Shown here: piece after piece, positions 23,390-34,804 of the stretch
Layout: each line of letters opens with the position of its first letter
Position numbering within the stretch: the first letter of the stretch is position 1
Source of the DNA: an uncultured Chloroflexia bacterium
GTDB lineage: Bacteria > Chloroflexota > Anaerolineae > CG2-30-64-16
Length of the DNA: 64,000 bases
Direction: 5' to 3'
NCBI GenBank assembly: GCA_963774265.1
Contig: CAVZDU010000003.1
Coordinates: 288,001-352,000, forward strand
The notes under the pieces: model-generated
What the model saw: only the letters and a program-made list of their open reading frames with translations
Database searches by the model: none
What the model was told of the DNA's origin: nothing
Made by a program: the position numbers and the translations under genes

Positions 23390-23566
23390 GACGCCCTGGC
23401 ATGAAGTCGGATGAATTACCTGGTGCCACGAGTCCGCAAGGGAGTTTGGCTCGAGTGCCTGCAGGCACCGTAGACTGTGGCCCTCCAATTTGGGGGAGTA
23501 CGCGAAGGAGACTCTTCGCATATCAGGCACTCCGCTGGGGCGATCACGAGCAAGCGGAGGCGCACG
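23390..23566 (+). ncRNA. Candidate IS110 bridge RNA
   Basis: Downstream of the promoter, several hairpins. Contains CAAGGGAGT (target left), GGATGA (reverse complement of target right), CGAAGGAG (donor left) and ATCAGgcACTCC (reverse complement of donor junction, 10/12). Confidence 0.6.
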
Positions 23567-24808
23567 ATGCAAGTGGTCTATGAGCGGTGCTGCGGGATCG
23601 ATGTGCACAAGCGCACGGTGGTGGCGTGTGCGATCGTGCCTGGGCCGGATGGGCAATCGGTGAAGGAGACCCGCACGTTTGATACCTTGACCGAGAACCT
23701 GGAAGCACTGGCGGAATGGTTGCAGGGCCTTGGGGTCACGCACGTGGCGATGGAGAGCACCGGGGTGTACTGGAAGCCGGTGTACAACCTGCTCGACGGG
23801 CGGTTTGCCATTCTGGTGGTCAATGCAGAGCACATCAAGGCGTTAGCTGGCCGCAAGACGGATGTGCAAGATGCGGAGCGGATTGCGGACCTGCTGCGGC
23901 ACGGGCTGCTCAAAGGGAGCTTCATTCCTTCGGCTGAGCTACGTGCGTTGCGCGATCTGACTCGCTACCGCACCAAGCTGGGCGATGAGCGCGTCAGTGA
24001 GATCAATCGGGTGCAGAAGGTGCTGGAAGACGCCAACATCAAGCTGGCGAGCGTGGCGACCGATGTGATGGGTGTCAGCGGACGAGCGATGCTGGATCAG
24101 ATCGTGCAAGGCCAGGCCGATCCAGCCGTGTTGGCCGAGCTGGCCAAGGGTCGCCTGCGGGACAAGCTGGACCTGCTGCAGAAGGCGCTAAGTGGACGCG
24201 TGCAGGCGCATCATCGCTTCATGTTGGCGCAGCACCTGAGCCACATCGACTTCTTGGACGAGGCCATCGACCGGCTCGACCAGCAGATCGCGGAGCAGAT
24301 GCGCCCTTTTGCGCCGGCGCTGGCGGCCTGGGACTCGCTGCCGGGGATCAACCAGCGGATTGCGGAGATCGTCGTCGCTGAGATTGGGGCCGACCTGCAG
24401 CCGTTCGAGGATGCGGAGCATCTGGCTTCGTGGGCGGGCATGTGTCCCGGCAACAACGAAAGTGCCGGCAAACGCTACAGTGGCAAGACCCGCAAAGGCA
24501 GTCCCTGGCTGCGGCGAGCCTTGGTGGAAGCGGCGCACGGCGCTGCCCGCACCAAGCACAAGTACTTCCAGGCGCTCTATGGGCGCCTGGCGGCCCGGCG
24601 GGGCAAACAACGGGCGCTAATGGCCGTCGGGCACAGCTTGCTGGTCACCGGTTACTACTTGATCACCCGGCAAACCAAGTACGAGGACTTAGGCGGCAAC
24701 TACTTCGACGAGCGCGACTGTGAAGCTGTGAAGCGGCGGGCCGTCAAACGCCTGGAGAAGCTGGGCTATCAGGTCCAACTGGTGCCAGCCGCCGTCCCAA
24801 CCGGGTAA
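23567..24808 (+). CDS. IS110 family recombinase/transposase
   Basis: GIDVHK, MESTGVYWKP, GRKTDVQDA (DEDD RuvC); SWAGMCPGNNESAGK with catalytic Ser; GGAGG RBS. Confidence 0.95.
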   Translation: MQVVYERCCGIDVHKRTVVACAIVPGPDGQSVKETRTFDTLTENLEALAEWLQGLGVTHVAMESTGVYWKPVYNLLDGRFAILVVNAEHIKALAGRKTDVQDAERIADLLRHGLLKGSFIPSAELRALRDLTRYRTKLGDERVSEINRVQKVLEDANIKLASVATDVMGVSGRAMLDQIVQGQADPAVLAELAKGRLRDKLDLLQKALSGRVQAHHRFMLAQHLSHIDFLDEAIDRLDQQIAEQMRPFAPALAAWDSLPGINQRIAEIVVAEIGADLQPFEDAEHLASWAGMCPGNNESAGKRYSGKTRKGSPWLRRALVEAAHGAARTKHKYFQALYGRLAARRGKQRALMAVGHSLLVTGYYLITRQTKYEDLGGNYFDERDCEAVKRRAVKRLEKLGYQVQLVPAAVPTG

Positions 24809-24835
24809 TCGAGATCATTTTCGAAGGAGTCATCC

Positions 24836-25879
24836 ATGAATCCAGTTTTGCTGAAACTCGGCCCTTTTCAGGTGCACTGGTATGGCCTGTTGATCGTCCT
24901 CGGCGCAGTGTTAGCGGCCTGGCTGGCAACCAAAGAGGCGCAGCGCCGCGGCGAAGATCCGGAGCACGTGTGGAACTTGCTCACGTGGTGCTTGATTCTC
25001 GGCATCATCGGCGCGCGACTGTATCACGTTTTCTCCACGCCCACCGGTAACTTCGCCGGCTGGGCGTACTATCGCGAGAATCCGCTCGACATTATCAAGT
25101 TCTGGAACGGTGGTTTCCGCGGCCTGGGCATCTATGGCGCAGTCGCGGGCGGTGTCCTGGCGGTCATCATCTACGCGTGGCGCAACAAACTGGTTCTGCT
25201 GCGTTGGTTGGACATTCCCACCCCAGGGCTGCTGGTGGCGCAAGCGATAGGCCGGTTGGGCAATCGCATCAATCAGGAACTGTACGGTCCGCCGACGGAT
25301 CGCCCTTGGGCATTCCACATCGATCCGCGCTTTCCGTGCCAGGAGCCGGCCGGTTCGCCCAATGCATGCGGCCTATCCGACCGTCTGACGCCCGAAGCCG
25401 CCGAGTGGTACAGCGCCAACGGTTTCCACCCGACATTCTTCTACGAGATGCTATGGAATCTGGCCGGCTTCCTGGTCCTCTGGTTCGGCGGTCGCGCGTT
25501 GGTCAAGAAGCTGCGCGACGGCGACATCTTCTTCGCCTACATGATCTGGTACGGGATCGGTCGTTACTGGGTCGAGATGTTCCGGCCTGACGCATGGCGC
25601 ATGGGCGCGCTGGCCACCGCACAGTGGATTGCCCTCGGAATGATCGCAGCGGGCGTCCTTGCCATCATCATTAACCACATGCGCCCTCAGCGCGCAGTCC
25701 CGGAGCCCGTGGCGGTTGAACCTGCAGCGGTTGAACCTGCGGTGGTTGAACCCGTGGCAGATGAACCCGTGGTGGCTGAGCCAGCGGCGCTTGAATCCGT
25801 GCCGGATGAACCTGTAGCGGTTGAACCCGCGGCACATGAACCCGTGGCGGCTGAACCCGAGGACAGCGAAGCGGTATAG
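24836..25879 (+). CDS. lgt: Prolipoprotein diacylglyceryl transferase with an acidic Pro-rich repeat tail
   Basis: HWYGL, GARLYHV, AQAIGRLGN..NQELYG, HPTFFYE, GRYWVEMFR; 15-bp EPVAV repeats at ~25702-25860. Confidence 0.93.
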   Translation: MNPVLLKLGPFQVHWYGLLIVLGAVLAAWLATKEAQRRGEDPEHVWNLLTWCLILGIIGARLYHVFSTPTGNFAGWAYYRENPLDIIKFWNGGFRGLGIYGAVAGGVLAVIIYAWRNKLVLLRWLDIPTPGLLVAQAIGRLGNRINQELYGPPTDRPWAFHIDPRFPCQEPAGSPNACGLSDRLTPEAAEWYSANGFHPTFFYEMLWNLAGFLVLWFGGRALVKKLRDGDIFFAYMIWYGIGRYWVEMFRPDAWRMGALATAQWIALGMIAAGVLAIIINHMRPQRAVPEPVAVEPAAVEPAVVEPVADEPVVAEPAALESVPDEPVAVEPAAHEPVAAEPEDSEAV

Positions 25880-25998
25880 TAGCCATAGAATATCGGCCTT
25901 CAAGGTTTGCGCCAATTCGTACTATCCCCAACTGAACTGCGCCCCGGCAGTTTGGGACCAGCGTGCGAAATCTTGAAGGCCCATCTTGCGCCATCAAC

Positions 25999-26020
25999 CC
26001 ACCCCCCCGGGGGAGGGGAT
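25999..26020. promoter_or_regulatory. Possible CsoR operator
   Basis: C-tract/G-tract pseudo-palindrome ACCCCCCCGGGGGAGGGGAT upstream of csoR-copZA. Confidence 0.45.
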
Positions 26021-26092
26021 CGCAACCCGCGTTACAGAACCTCCTCATTTTCTGTGCTAGAATGCCCTCTGTATGGAGGAATATCTAGCGAA

Positions 26093-26368
26093 ATGGACGA
26101 CCAGACCAAAGCGGGGGTGATCCGGAGGCTGCAGAGCGTCGAAGGCCACGTCCGCGGCATCCAGCGCATGGTTGAAGACGATAAGTACTGCATCGACGTG
26201 ATCAAGCAGATCAGCGCGGTGCAGGCGGCTCTGAACAAGGCGCAGGAGATTATCCTCGATGAGCACCTGCACTCCTGTGTGACGACCGCGATCCGGGGTG
26301 ACGATGCCGAGCGTCGTGAGGCTGTCATCGACGAAATCTTAGGCGTTTTTTCTATCACCAACAAATAG
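26093..26368 (+). CDS. csoR: CsoR-family metal-sensing repressor
   Basis: RLQSVEGHVRGIQRM..YCIDV..HLHSCV. Confidence 0.9.
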   Translation: MDDQTKAGVIRRLQSVEGHVRGIQRMVEDDKYCIDVIKQISAVQAALNKAQEIILDEHLHSCVTTAIRGDDAERREAVIDEILGVFSITNK

Positions 26369-26384
26369 CATAGGAGAATGAACC

Positions 26385-26594
26385 ATGTCCGTAAATGTTA
26401 AACTGAACATCCCGAATATTTCCTGCCATCATTGCACCAATACCGTGATGCGCGAGACCAAGGACCTGCCCGGCGTCGAAAGCGTCGAGGCCGATGTGGA
26501 GACCAAGACCGCAACCTTCACCCTGAAAACCGAAGCAGATTTGTCCCTCGTCAGGGAAACTCTGGCGGAGATTGGGTACCCGGCAGCGAACTAA
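26385..26594 (+). CDS. copZ: Copper chaperone (HMA domain)
   Basis: ISCHHC motif, 69 aa, between csoR and copA. Confidence 0.85.
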   Translation: MSVNVKLNIPNISCHHCTNTVMRETKDLPGVESVEADVETKTATFTLKTEADLSLVRETLAEIGYPAAN

Positions 26595-26623
26595 GTAGCG
26601 ACGCAACGGATGGCCTGCGGCCA

Positions 26624-26659
26624 AAACGGACACCTGCCGGTGGGTGCAGGTGTCCGTTT
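26624..26659 (+). terminator. 14-bp stem-loop between copZ and copA (CACCTGC..GCAGGTG repeat family)
   Basis: AAACGGACACCTGC-8 nt-GCAGGTGTCCGTTT followed by T-rich sequence. Confidence 0.55.
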
Positions 26660-26695
26660 CGTTTTCCGTTGCGGCGCAGCCCCCAAGAGAATAGA

Positions 26696-28888
<2,193 letters not shown>

Positions 28889-28913
28889 CCTGAATCATGT
28901 GTGACGTTTGTCG

Positions 28914-28942
28914 TTGACACTCGGGGGCTCCAATGTTATACT
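28914..28942 (+). promoter_or_regulatory. Sigma70 promoter of ccmE
   Basis: TTGACA-17 bp-TATACT with extended -10; TGTGA half-sites at 28884 and 28900. Confidence 0.7.
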
Positions 28943-28984
28943 CCGACTTGTCAGCCACACGGCAACACGCGAAACGGAGGATTG

Positions 28985-29464
28985 ATGGCGGAAAACTCCA
29001 CCATTTTGAAGGGCGCTGTATCGACCAGTAAGGCGAATAGCAAGGTTAAGTTCATCGCGGGTGGGCTCGTGATCGTCGGACTCATCGCGTACCTGATCGT
29101 TTCGTCCATCTCCAGCGCTGGCGCGTACTACCGCGAGGTGGGCGAGGTGCTCTCACAGCGCGATGCGCTCGCGGGCAAGAACCTGCGTGTGAGCGGCAAT
29201 GTCGTCACTGAAAGCGTGACCTACGACGCGGCCAAGTTGAATCTGAACTTCATGATCTCAGACCCGACTGACGCGAACAAGCAGCTAGCCGTGTACTTCC
29301 ATGGCGTCCAACCTGACCAAATCTCACGCGAGGGCGCAAGCGCTATTGTTGAGGGTTCCCTGGGTCCCAACGGCGTGGTTGAGGCGAACAACCTGCTTCT
29401 GAAGTGCCCGTCTCGCTACGAGGAATACGAACAAGAAGAGATCAGGGTCGAGGCTATCAAGTAG
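28985..29464 (+). CDS. ccmE: Cytochrome c maturation heme chaperone CcmE, CxxxY type
   Basis: N-terminal TM, YY, LRVSG, IVEG, LLKCPSRY. Confidence 0.85.
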   Translation: MAENSTILKGAVSTSKANSKVKFIAGGLVIVGLIAYLIVSSISSAGAYYREVGEVLSQRDALAGKNLRVSGNVVTESVTYDAAKLNLNFMISDPTDANKQLAVYFHGVQPDQISREGASAIVEGSLGPNGVVEANNLLLKCPSRYEEYEQEEIRVEAIK

Positions 29465-29613
29465 CCTACGCCTTGACGAATCGTTTGAACGGTCGCCTGC
29501 CAGTGGCTCATTGCGTTTGAGCCGGTGGGTGGCCGTTTTTGCGTCACTATGATATAACTCTTGCGCGGTGCTTGCCCGACCGCGCAACACGTCCAGAAAG
29601 GTCCCATCGCTTC

Positions 29614-31392
29614 ATGAGACTCATCCGAACCGTCATTGCCTGCGCACTTATCGCCTCGCTCATCCTGCCCATCTCGACGGCCCTGGCCCAGGAAGCCCCG
29701 ACCACCCCGCCTCAGCCGCTCAGCGGCCAGGCCAGCTTTGCAGAGAACTGTGCACCGTGCCATGGCTCAGCAGGCAAGGGCGATGGAGCCAGTGCCTCCG
29801 GGCTTGGCGTTCCCCCTACGGCACTCGGAGAGTACGACAAGATCGCAGTGCGCTCGTTCCAGGAGCTGTTCGATATCACGAAAAACGGCAACATGCAGCG
29901 CATGATGCCGCCCTGGGGCAGCCGCCTGACCGATCAGAAGATTTGGGACACGGTCGGCTATGCCTGGAGCCTGCACACGAGCCGCGACGAGGCTGACCGG
30001 GGCCAGGCGGTGTACGAGGCCTCTTGCGAGTCGTGTCATGGCCCTGATGGCAAGGGCGTCGCGGCCGGCGCGCCGGACCTGGCCGACTTTACGGTCACCA
30101 GCAAGGCCAGCCAGGCCCAGTGGGCGCAGGCCGTGGCCAACGGCAAGGGGACGATGCCCGCGTTTGCGGGCAAACTGAGCGATGCCGATCAACGCGCGGC
30201 GCTGACCTACGTCCGCAGTTTGTCGCTCGGCGGACCGCTATTCCGCGCAGCCCTGACCGCAGGCACGGGCGTGATCAGCGGCACGGTGACCAACAAGACC
30301 ACCGGCAAGCCGATGCCTGATCTAACCATCCAGTTGGGCATCTTTGACCAGGCCAGCCAGCTCGAACAACGCACCGGCGCCACCGACACTGCGGGCAACT
30401 ATCGCTTCGCAGATTTGCCGACCGACGCCACTTTGGCATATGCCATCCGCGCAGAGTACCCTGCCGATGTGCCGTATAGCTCGGACTTCGTCAGCTTTGA
30501 GGCCGGCAAGACCGAGCTGGATCTGCCCCTCTCCGTATTCGAGACGACGACTGACCCCGCGGGTGTGCGCGCTGAGCGCGTTCACTATATCGTCGAGTTC
30601 AGCGGCGGTTTCGCCGCGATCGCCGAGCTGATCGTGTTCAGCCTGGACGGCGATCGGGCCTATCTCGGGGACGGCAACCATGTGCTGCAGTTCCCGTTGC
30701 CGCCGGGTGCGCAGGATCTGGCGGTCAACGAAGGTGAGCTCGGCAGCCGCTTCGTTCAGATCGGCAATGGCTTTGTCGACCTGTTGCCCCTCCCGCCGGG
30801 GCAGAACGTGCGCCAGGTGCTTTTCCGCTATGCGCTGCCTTACACCGGCTCAGCCCTCGACCTCGTTCGCTCGCTCCCCTATCCGGCAGCGAATGTTAAT
30901 GCGTTGATCGCTGACGTCGGCCAGACGATCAACAGCCCCGATTTGGCCGACCAGGGCAAGCGCGCGTCGGAGGGCGGTTCCTATTACAACCTGGTAGCCA
31001 AAGACGTTCCTGCAAACAAGGAAGTGCGGATCAGCATGACCGGCTTGCCTTCGCCCACAGGGGGTGGAGTCGACATGGGTGCGACATCCGGCACGGCCGC
31101 AACCAGCGCTGCCGGCGGCTTGAATAAGTGGGTGATCATTGGCCTGATTGCTCTGGCGGCAGCTGGTGCAGTGCTCCTCGTTGCGATGCCGATCCTGCGT
31201 GCACAAAACAAGCATGGTCTGCTCGCGAGCAACCAACCCGGTGTGTCGAGGAGTGACGCACTGATAGATGCCCTGGCAGACCTGGACCTGGCTTACGAGG
31301 CAGGCGAAATAGCCGAATCCACCTATCGTGACCAGCGCCTGCGGCTAAAGGCCCAGTTGCGCGATCTTACGCGTAAGGAAGCTCAAGGGTGA
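29614..31392 (+). CDS. Diheme c-type cytochrome with beta-sandwich domains, C-terminal TM and CcmI-like helix
   Basis: Signal peptide, CAPCH and CESCH, MPPW/MPAF, C-terminal LADLDLAYEAGEI..Y...R..LK. Confidence 0.8.
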   Translation: MRLIRTVIACALIASLILPISTALAQEAPTTPPQPLSGQASFAENCAPCHGSAGKGDGASASGLGVPPTALGEYDKIAVRSFQELFDITKNGNMQRMMPPWGSRLTDQKIWDTVGYAWSLHTSRDEADRGQAVYEASCESCHGPDGKGVAAGAPDLADFTVTSKASQAQWAQAVANGKGTMPAFAGKLSDADQRAALTYVRSLSLGGPLFRAALTAGTGVISGTVTNKTTGKPMPDLTIQLGIFDQASQLEQRTGATDTAGNYRFADLPTDATLAYAIRAEYPADVPYSSDFVSFEAGKTELDLPLSVFETTTDPAGVRAERVHYIVEFSGGFAAIAELIVFSLDGDRAYLGDGNHVLQFPLPPGAQDLAVNEGELGSRFVQIGNGFVDLLPLPPGQNVRQVLFRYALPYTGSALDLVRSLPYPAANVNALIADVGQTINSPDLADQGKRASEGGSYYNLVAKDVPANKEVRISMTGLPSPTGGGVDMGATSGTAATSAAGGLNKWVIIGLIALAAAGAVLLVAMPILRAQNKHGLLASNQPGVSRSDALIDALADLDLAYEAGEIAESTYRDQRLRLKAQLRDLTRKEAQG

Positions 31393-32198
31393 GTGAATCC
31401 GACACCCCGATGATTGAGGTGAGGAACCTCGTCAAGTCGTTTGGCGCCAAGCATGCGCTGCGCGGTGTCAATCTGCGCGTCATGCCCGGCGAATCTCTCG
31501 TGATTTTCGGACCCAACGGCGCGGGCAAGACGACACTCGTTCGTATCCTTTCCAGCCTGAGCCGGCCCAGTGGGGGAACGGTGCGCATCGGCGGGCTGGA
31601 CCTGGCGACGCATTCGGACGGCATCCGGCGCTACCTGGGCGTGGTTTCCCACGCGCCGCTGCTCTACGACAGCCTGACCGCCGAAGAGAATCTGAGCTTC
31701 TTCGCCGGACTGTACGGCATGAAACAGCCGGAGGAACGCATCAGGGCGATGCTGCAGCGAGTGGGGCTCTATGGCCGCCGAGGCGACCTGGTGCGCACAT
31801 TCTCGCGCGGCATGGTGCAGCGCCTGGCGATCGCGCGGGCACTCCTGCATGATCCCGAGGTGCTCCTGCTGGACGAACCGGACACGGGGCTGGATCCCCA
31901 GGCCGCTGAGATGCTCCACGGTCTGCTTTCCGAACTGAGCGGCCGTGCGACCGCCGGCCCCGGCGAGCCGGATCGAGCCGGCGCGCCTGTGGAGCGACCG
32001 CGCACCATCGTGACGGTGACCCATAGCATCGAGCGGGGTCTCGCCATCGCAGATAAGGTATTGATCCTGGCGAATGGCCGGGTAAGCTATGAAGCCTCGG
32101 TGCAGGGGATGACCGCTGCCGAGTTCCGGCCTCTCTACGACCTCTATTGCGGGCCCGCTCCCCAGGCGCCCGGCAATGGGGTGGGAGGCGGCCGATGA
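31389..32198 (+). CDS. ccmA: Heme exporter ATP-binding protein
   Basis: GPNGAGKTT, LTAEENL, FSRGMVQRL, LLDEP; directly before ccmB. Confidence 0.85.
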   Translation: MSESDTPMIEVRNLVKSFGAKHALRGVNLRVMPGESLVIFGPNGAGKTTLVRILSSLSRPSGGTVRIGGLDLATHSDGIRRYLGVVSHAPLLYDSLTAEENLSFFAGLYGMKQPEERIRAMLQRVGLYGRRGDLVRTFSRGMVQRLAIARALLHDPEVLLLDEPDTGLDPQAAEMLHGLLSELSGRATAGPGEPDRAGAPVERPRTIVTVTHSIERGLAIADKVLILANGRVSYEASVQGMTAAEFRPLYDLYCGPAPQAPGNGVGGGR

Positions 32199-32866
32199 AC
32201 TTCTGGCAAGCCGTCACCGCCATCATCTGGAAGGACATCCGCGCGGAATGGCGCACGAAGGACATCTTCAGCAGCATGTTCGTATTTGCACTGCTCTCGG
32301 TGATCGTGTTCAACTTCGCGTTCGAGTTGCGGGTGCCCGATATGAAGATGGTTGCGCCCGGCATCGTCTGGGTGGCGATCACGTTTTCGGGGACCCTTGG
32401 GCTGAACCGGGCATTTGTGATCGAGCAGGACAAAGGCAGCCTGGCCGGCCTGCTGCTGGCGCCGGTCGACCGGGCCGCCATCTACTTCGGCAAGATGCTG
32501 GGCAACCTGGTGTTCATCCTGATCGTCGAGATCATCCTGCTGCCGCTGGTGATGATCTTCTTCAACCTGTCGCTGTTGACCTGGCCGCATCTGCTGGTGC
32601 TGTTCCTGGGCACCTACGGTTTTGCAGCGGTCGGCACGGTGTTTTCGGCCATGGCGGTGAACACGCGGGCGCGCGAGGTCATGCTGCCGATCCTGCTCTT
32701 TCCGGTGCTGCTGCCGGTGCTGGTTGCGGGTGTAAAGATGACCGGCAGCCTGCTGGACGGCGAAGCGTTGAGCGAGATCGCAAACTGGCTCAAGCTTGTC
32801 GCGATTTACGATATCGGCTTCACCATTATCGCCTATCTTACATTTGGCTTCGTGGTAGAAGAGTGA
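32195..32866 (+). CDS. ccmB: Heme exporter permease
   Basis: WKDIRAEWRTK, LGLNRAF, REVMLPILLFP. Confidence 0.9.
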   Translation: MNFWQAVTAIIWKDIRAEWRTKDIFSSMFVFALLSVIVFNFAFELRVPDMKMVAPGIVWVAITFSGTLGLNRAFVIEQDKGSLAGLLLAPVDRAAIYFGKMLGNLVFILIVEIILLPLVMIFFNLSLLTWPHLLVLFLGTYGFAAVGTVFSAMAVNTRAREVMLPILLFPVLLPVLVAGVKMTGSLLDGEALSEIANWLKLVAIYDIGFTIIAYLTFGFVVEE

Positions 32867-32873
32867 GCGACTG

Positions 32874-32946
32874 ACCACAAGGACACCAAGACACGACGGT
32901 TCGCCAGGCCCCCTCGAATCTTCGTCCAACTTTGTGGCTTTGTGGT
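32874..32946. repeat. Inverted-repeat element with 8-9-nt periodic arms between ccmB and ccmC
   Basis: ACCACAAGGACACCAAG ... CTTTGTGGCTTTGTGGT. Confidence 0.6.
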
Positions 32947-32986
32947 TAGTCCGGCTCCGACGGCGAGATACTCCTGGAGGGAGTGC

Positions 32987-33682
32987 ATGGAGCGTTCTTC
33001 TCGTGGGTTGATGGTCCTGACCGCCATCTCGGCAGTCATGGTTCTGTTCTCGGCCTACCTGGCCCTCGTCGGCGCGCCGGATGCCGTAGGTCTCACCGAA
33101 GATAACACCTACGCCCAGCGCATCATCTACTTCCACGTGCCGAGCGCCTGGCTGAGCATGTTGGCCTTTGGCGTCACGATGGTGGCGAGCATCGGCTACC
33201 TGATCACATCCAAGCGCCAGTGGGACAGCTTGGCCATGTCGTCGGCCGAGCTGGGTCTCGTCTTCACCCTTGCCGCGGCTGCCAGCGGCTCAGTCTGGGC
33301 CAAGCCGGCCTGGAATATCTGGTGGACCTGGGATCCGCGCCTGACGACCTACACGATCATGTTCCTGCTGTACGTGGCCTACTTCATGCTGCGCAGCGCG
33401 ATGGAAGATCCGGCGCGTCGCGCGCGCTTCGCCTCGGTCTACGGGATCTTCGCGTTTCTCAGCGTGCCGATCACGTTCATGTCGATCCGCTGGTGGCGCA
33501 CTATCCATCCGGTGCTGATCGACCCGAACGAGGGGTTCGGTTTCGGTCCGGGGATGATGACGGCCTTCTTCATCAGCCTCGCCAGCTTCACGCTGCTCTA
33601 CGTCGTCCTGCTCCTGCATCGGTACCGGCTGGAGCGGATCCGGGAACAGGTGGATGAGCTGAAGGAACAATTGGGATACTAG
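32987..33682 (+). CDS. ccmC: Heme exporter protein C
   Basis: IYFHVPSAW, WAKPAWNIWWTWDPRLT (WWD motif), RTIHP. Confidence 0.92.
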   Translation: MERSSRGLMVLTAISAVMVLFSAYLALVGAPDAVGLTEDNTYAQRIIYFHVPSAWLSMLAFGVTMVASIGYLITSKRQWDSLAMSSAELGLVFTLAAAASGSVWAKPAWNIWWTWDPRLTTYTIMFLLYVAYFMLRSAMEDPARRARFASVYGIFAFLSVPITFMSIRWWRTIHPVLIDPNEGFGFGPGMMTAFFISLASFTLLYVVLLLHRYRLERIREQVDELKEQLGY

Positions 33683-33691
33683 GAGATAACA

Positions 33692-33838
33692 ATGGCTTAC
33701 ATGGTAGCTGCATACCTGATTATCTGGTTGGCCTCGTTCGTCTTCATCTTCAGCATGGTGCGGCGCCAGAGCGCCCTGCAACGGGAAATCTCATCATTGC
33801 GCGAGCTTGCACAGGAGCGCGACGATCGCGTCCGGTGA
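33692..33838 (+). CDS. ccmD: CcmD-family small membrane protein (48 aa; absent from the ORF track)
   Basis: AGGAG RBS; MAYMVAAYLIIWLASFVFIFSMVRRQSALQREI..; directly follows ccmC. Confidence 0.8.
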   Translation: MAYMVAAYLIIWLASFVFIFSMVRRQSALQREISSLRELAQERDDRVR

Positions 33839-33905
33839 GATTCGTGTAACGTGGGCGACGGAGGCATCCCACTGGATGTAACCTCTGTTGACAGGAGAAA
33901 GGTGC

Positions 33906-34804
33906 ATGACTTCAGCTAATCGCTGGCAGACGTTTTCCCACGCGCTGGCGTTCGTGATTGGGTTCAGCCTGGTGTTTGTCGTCCTGGGCGCGTCGGTGGC
34001 GTTCTTCGGCTATGCGCTGAACACGTTCCTCCCAACCTTCGTCAAGATCGGCGGCGCGATCCTGATCCTGTTCGGGCTGCAGGTGTCGGGCGCCTTCGGC
34101 TGGATTGCGGATCGCATCCGTTCGGCCGGTGGCGACAGGACCTCTCTCGGCCGTGCGTACATCAACGGGGTCGACACGCTGGCTCGCCTGATGTACACCG
34201 AAGGCCGCGTGCAGGTGAAGGTCGACCGGCGCTGGGGTTATCTGTCCTCTGCCTTGATGGGCGTCTTCTTCTCGGCCGGCTGGATTCCGTGCGTGGGCCC
34301 GGTGCTGGCCGCAATCTATCTCCTCGCGTCGGACACAGCAACGGTCGGCCAGGGTGCACTGTTGCTGCTGGTCTATTCGCTGGGCCTGGGCATCCCGTTC
34401 CTCGTCACCGGCGCGGCCATGGGCCGCGTGGCCCCGGCCCTGCGACGGATGAACCGGCATCTGGGCTCGTATCCAAGATCACCGGCCTCTTCCTGATCTT
34501 GGTCGGCGTGCTGCTCTTCAAGGACCGCCTGAGCCTGATCTCGAACCTGTTCGTGTCTCGCTTCGGGACGGGACTGGCCAGCCTGGAGCTGGGCAGCGGC
34601 GGACTGAGCACGGCGGTGACGATACCCATCGCGTTCCTGGCCGGGCTGCTGTCGTTCCTTTCGCCGTGCGTGCTGCCGCTGATCCCGGCCTACATCGGCT
34701 ATCTGAGCGGTACGACTGTTGCGGACCGGGGCGCACAGACCGCGCCGCCGGCCGACGCGACCGCAGCGACAACGGGCGCAACGACCACCCAGGCCGGGGC
34801 ATGA
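33906..34804 (+). CDS. ccdA: Cytochrome c biogenesis protein CcdA, circularly permuted; frameshift near 34465
   Basis: FVIGFSLVFVVLG, GWIPCVGPVL, YSLGLGIPF; the usual N-terminal AGLLSFLSPCVLPLIPAY motif is at the C-terminus. Confidence 0.8.

Larger units (their letters stand above)
23327..24830 (+). mobile_element. IS110-family insertion sequence, full length (~1.5 kb)
   Basis: GGAGT core at both junctions (23327-31, 24826-30); no long terminal IRs seen; ~235-bp left non-coding end plus DEDD recombinase. Confidence 0.8.
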
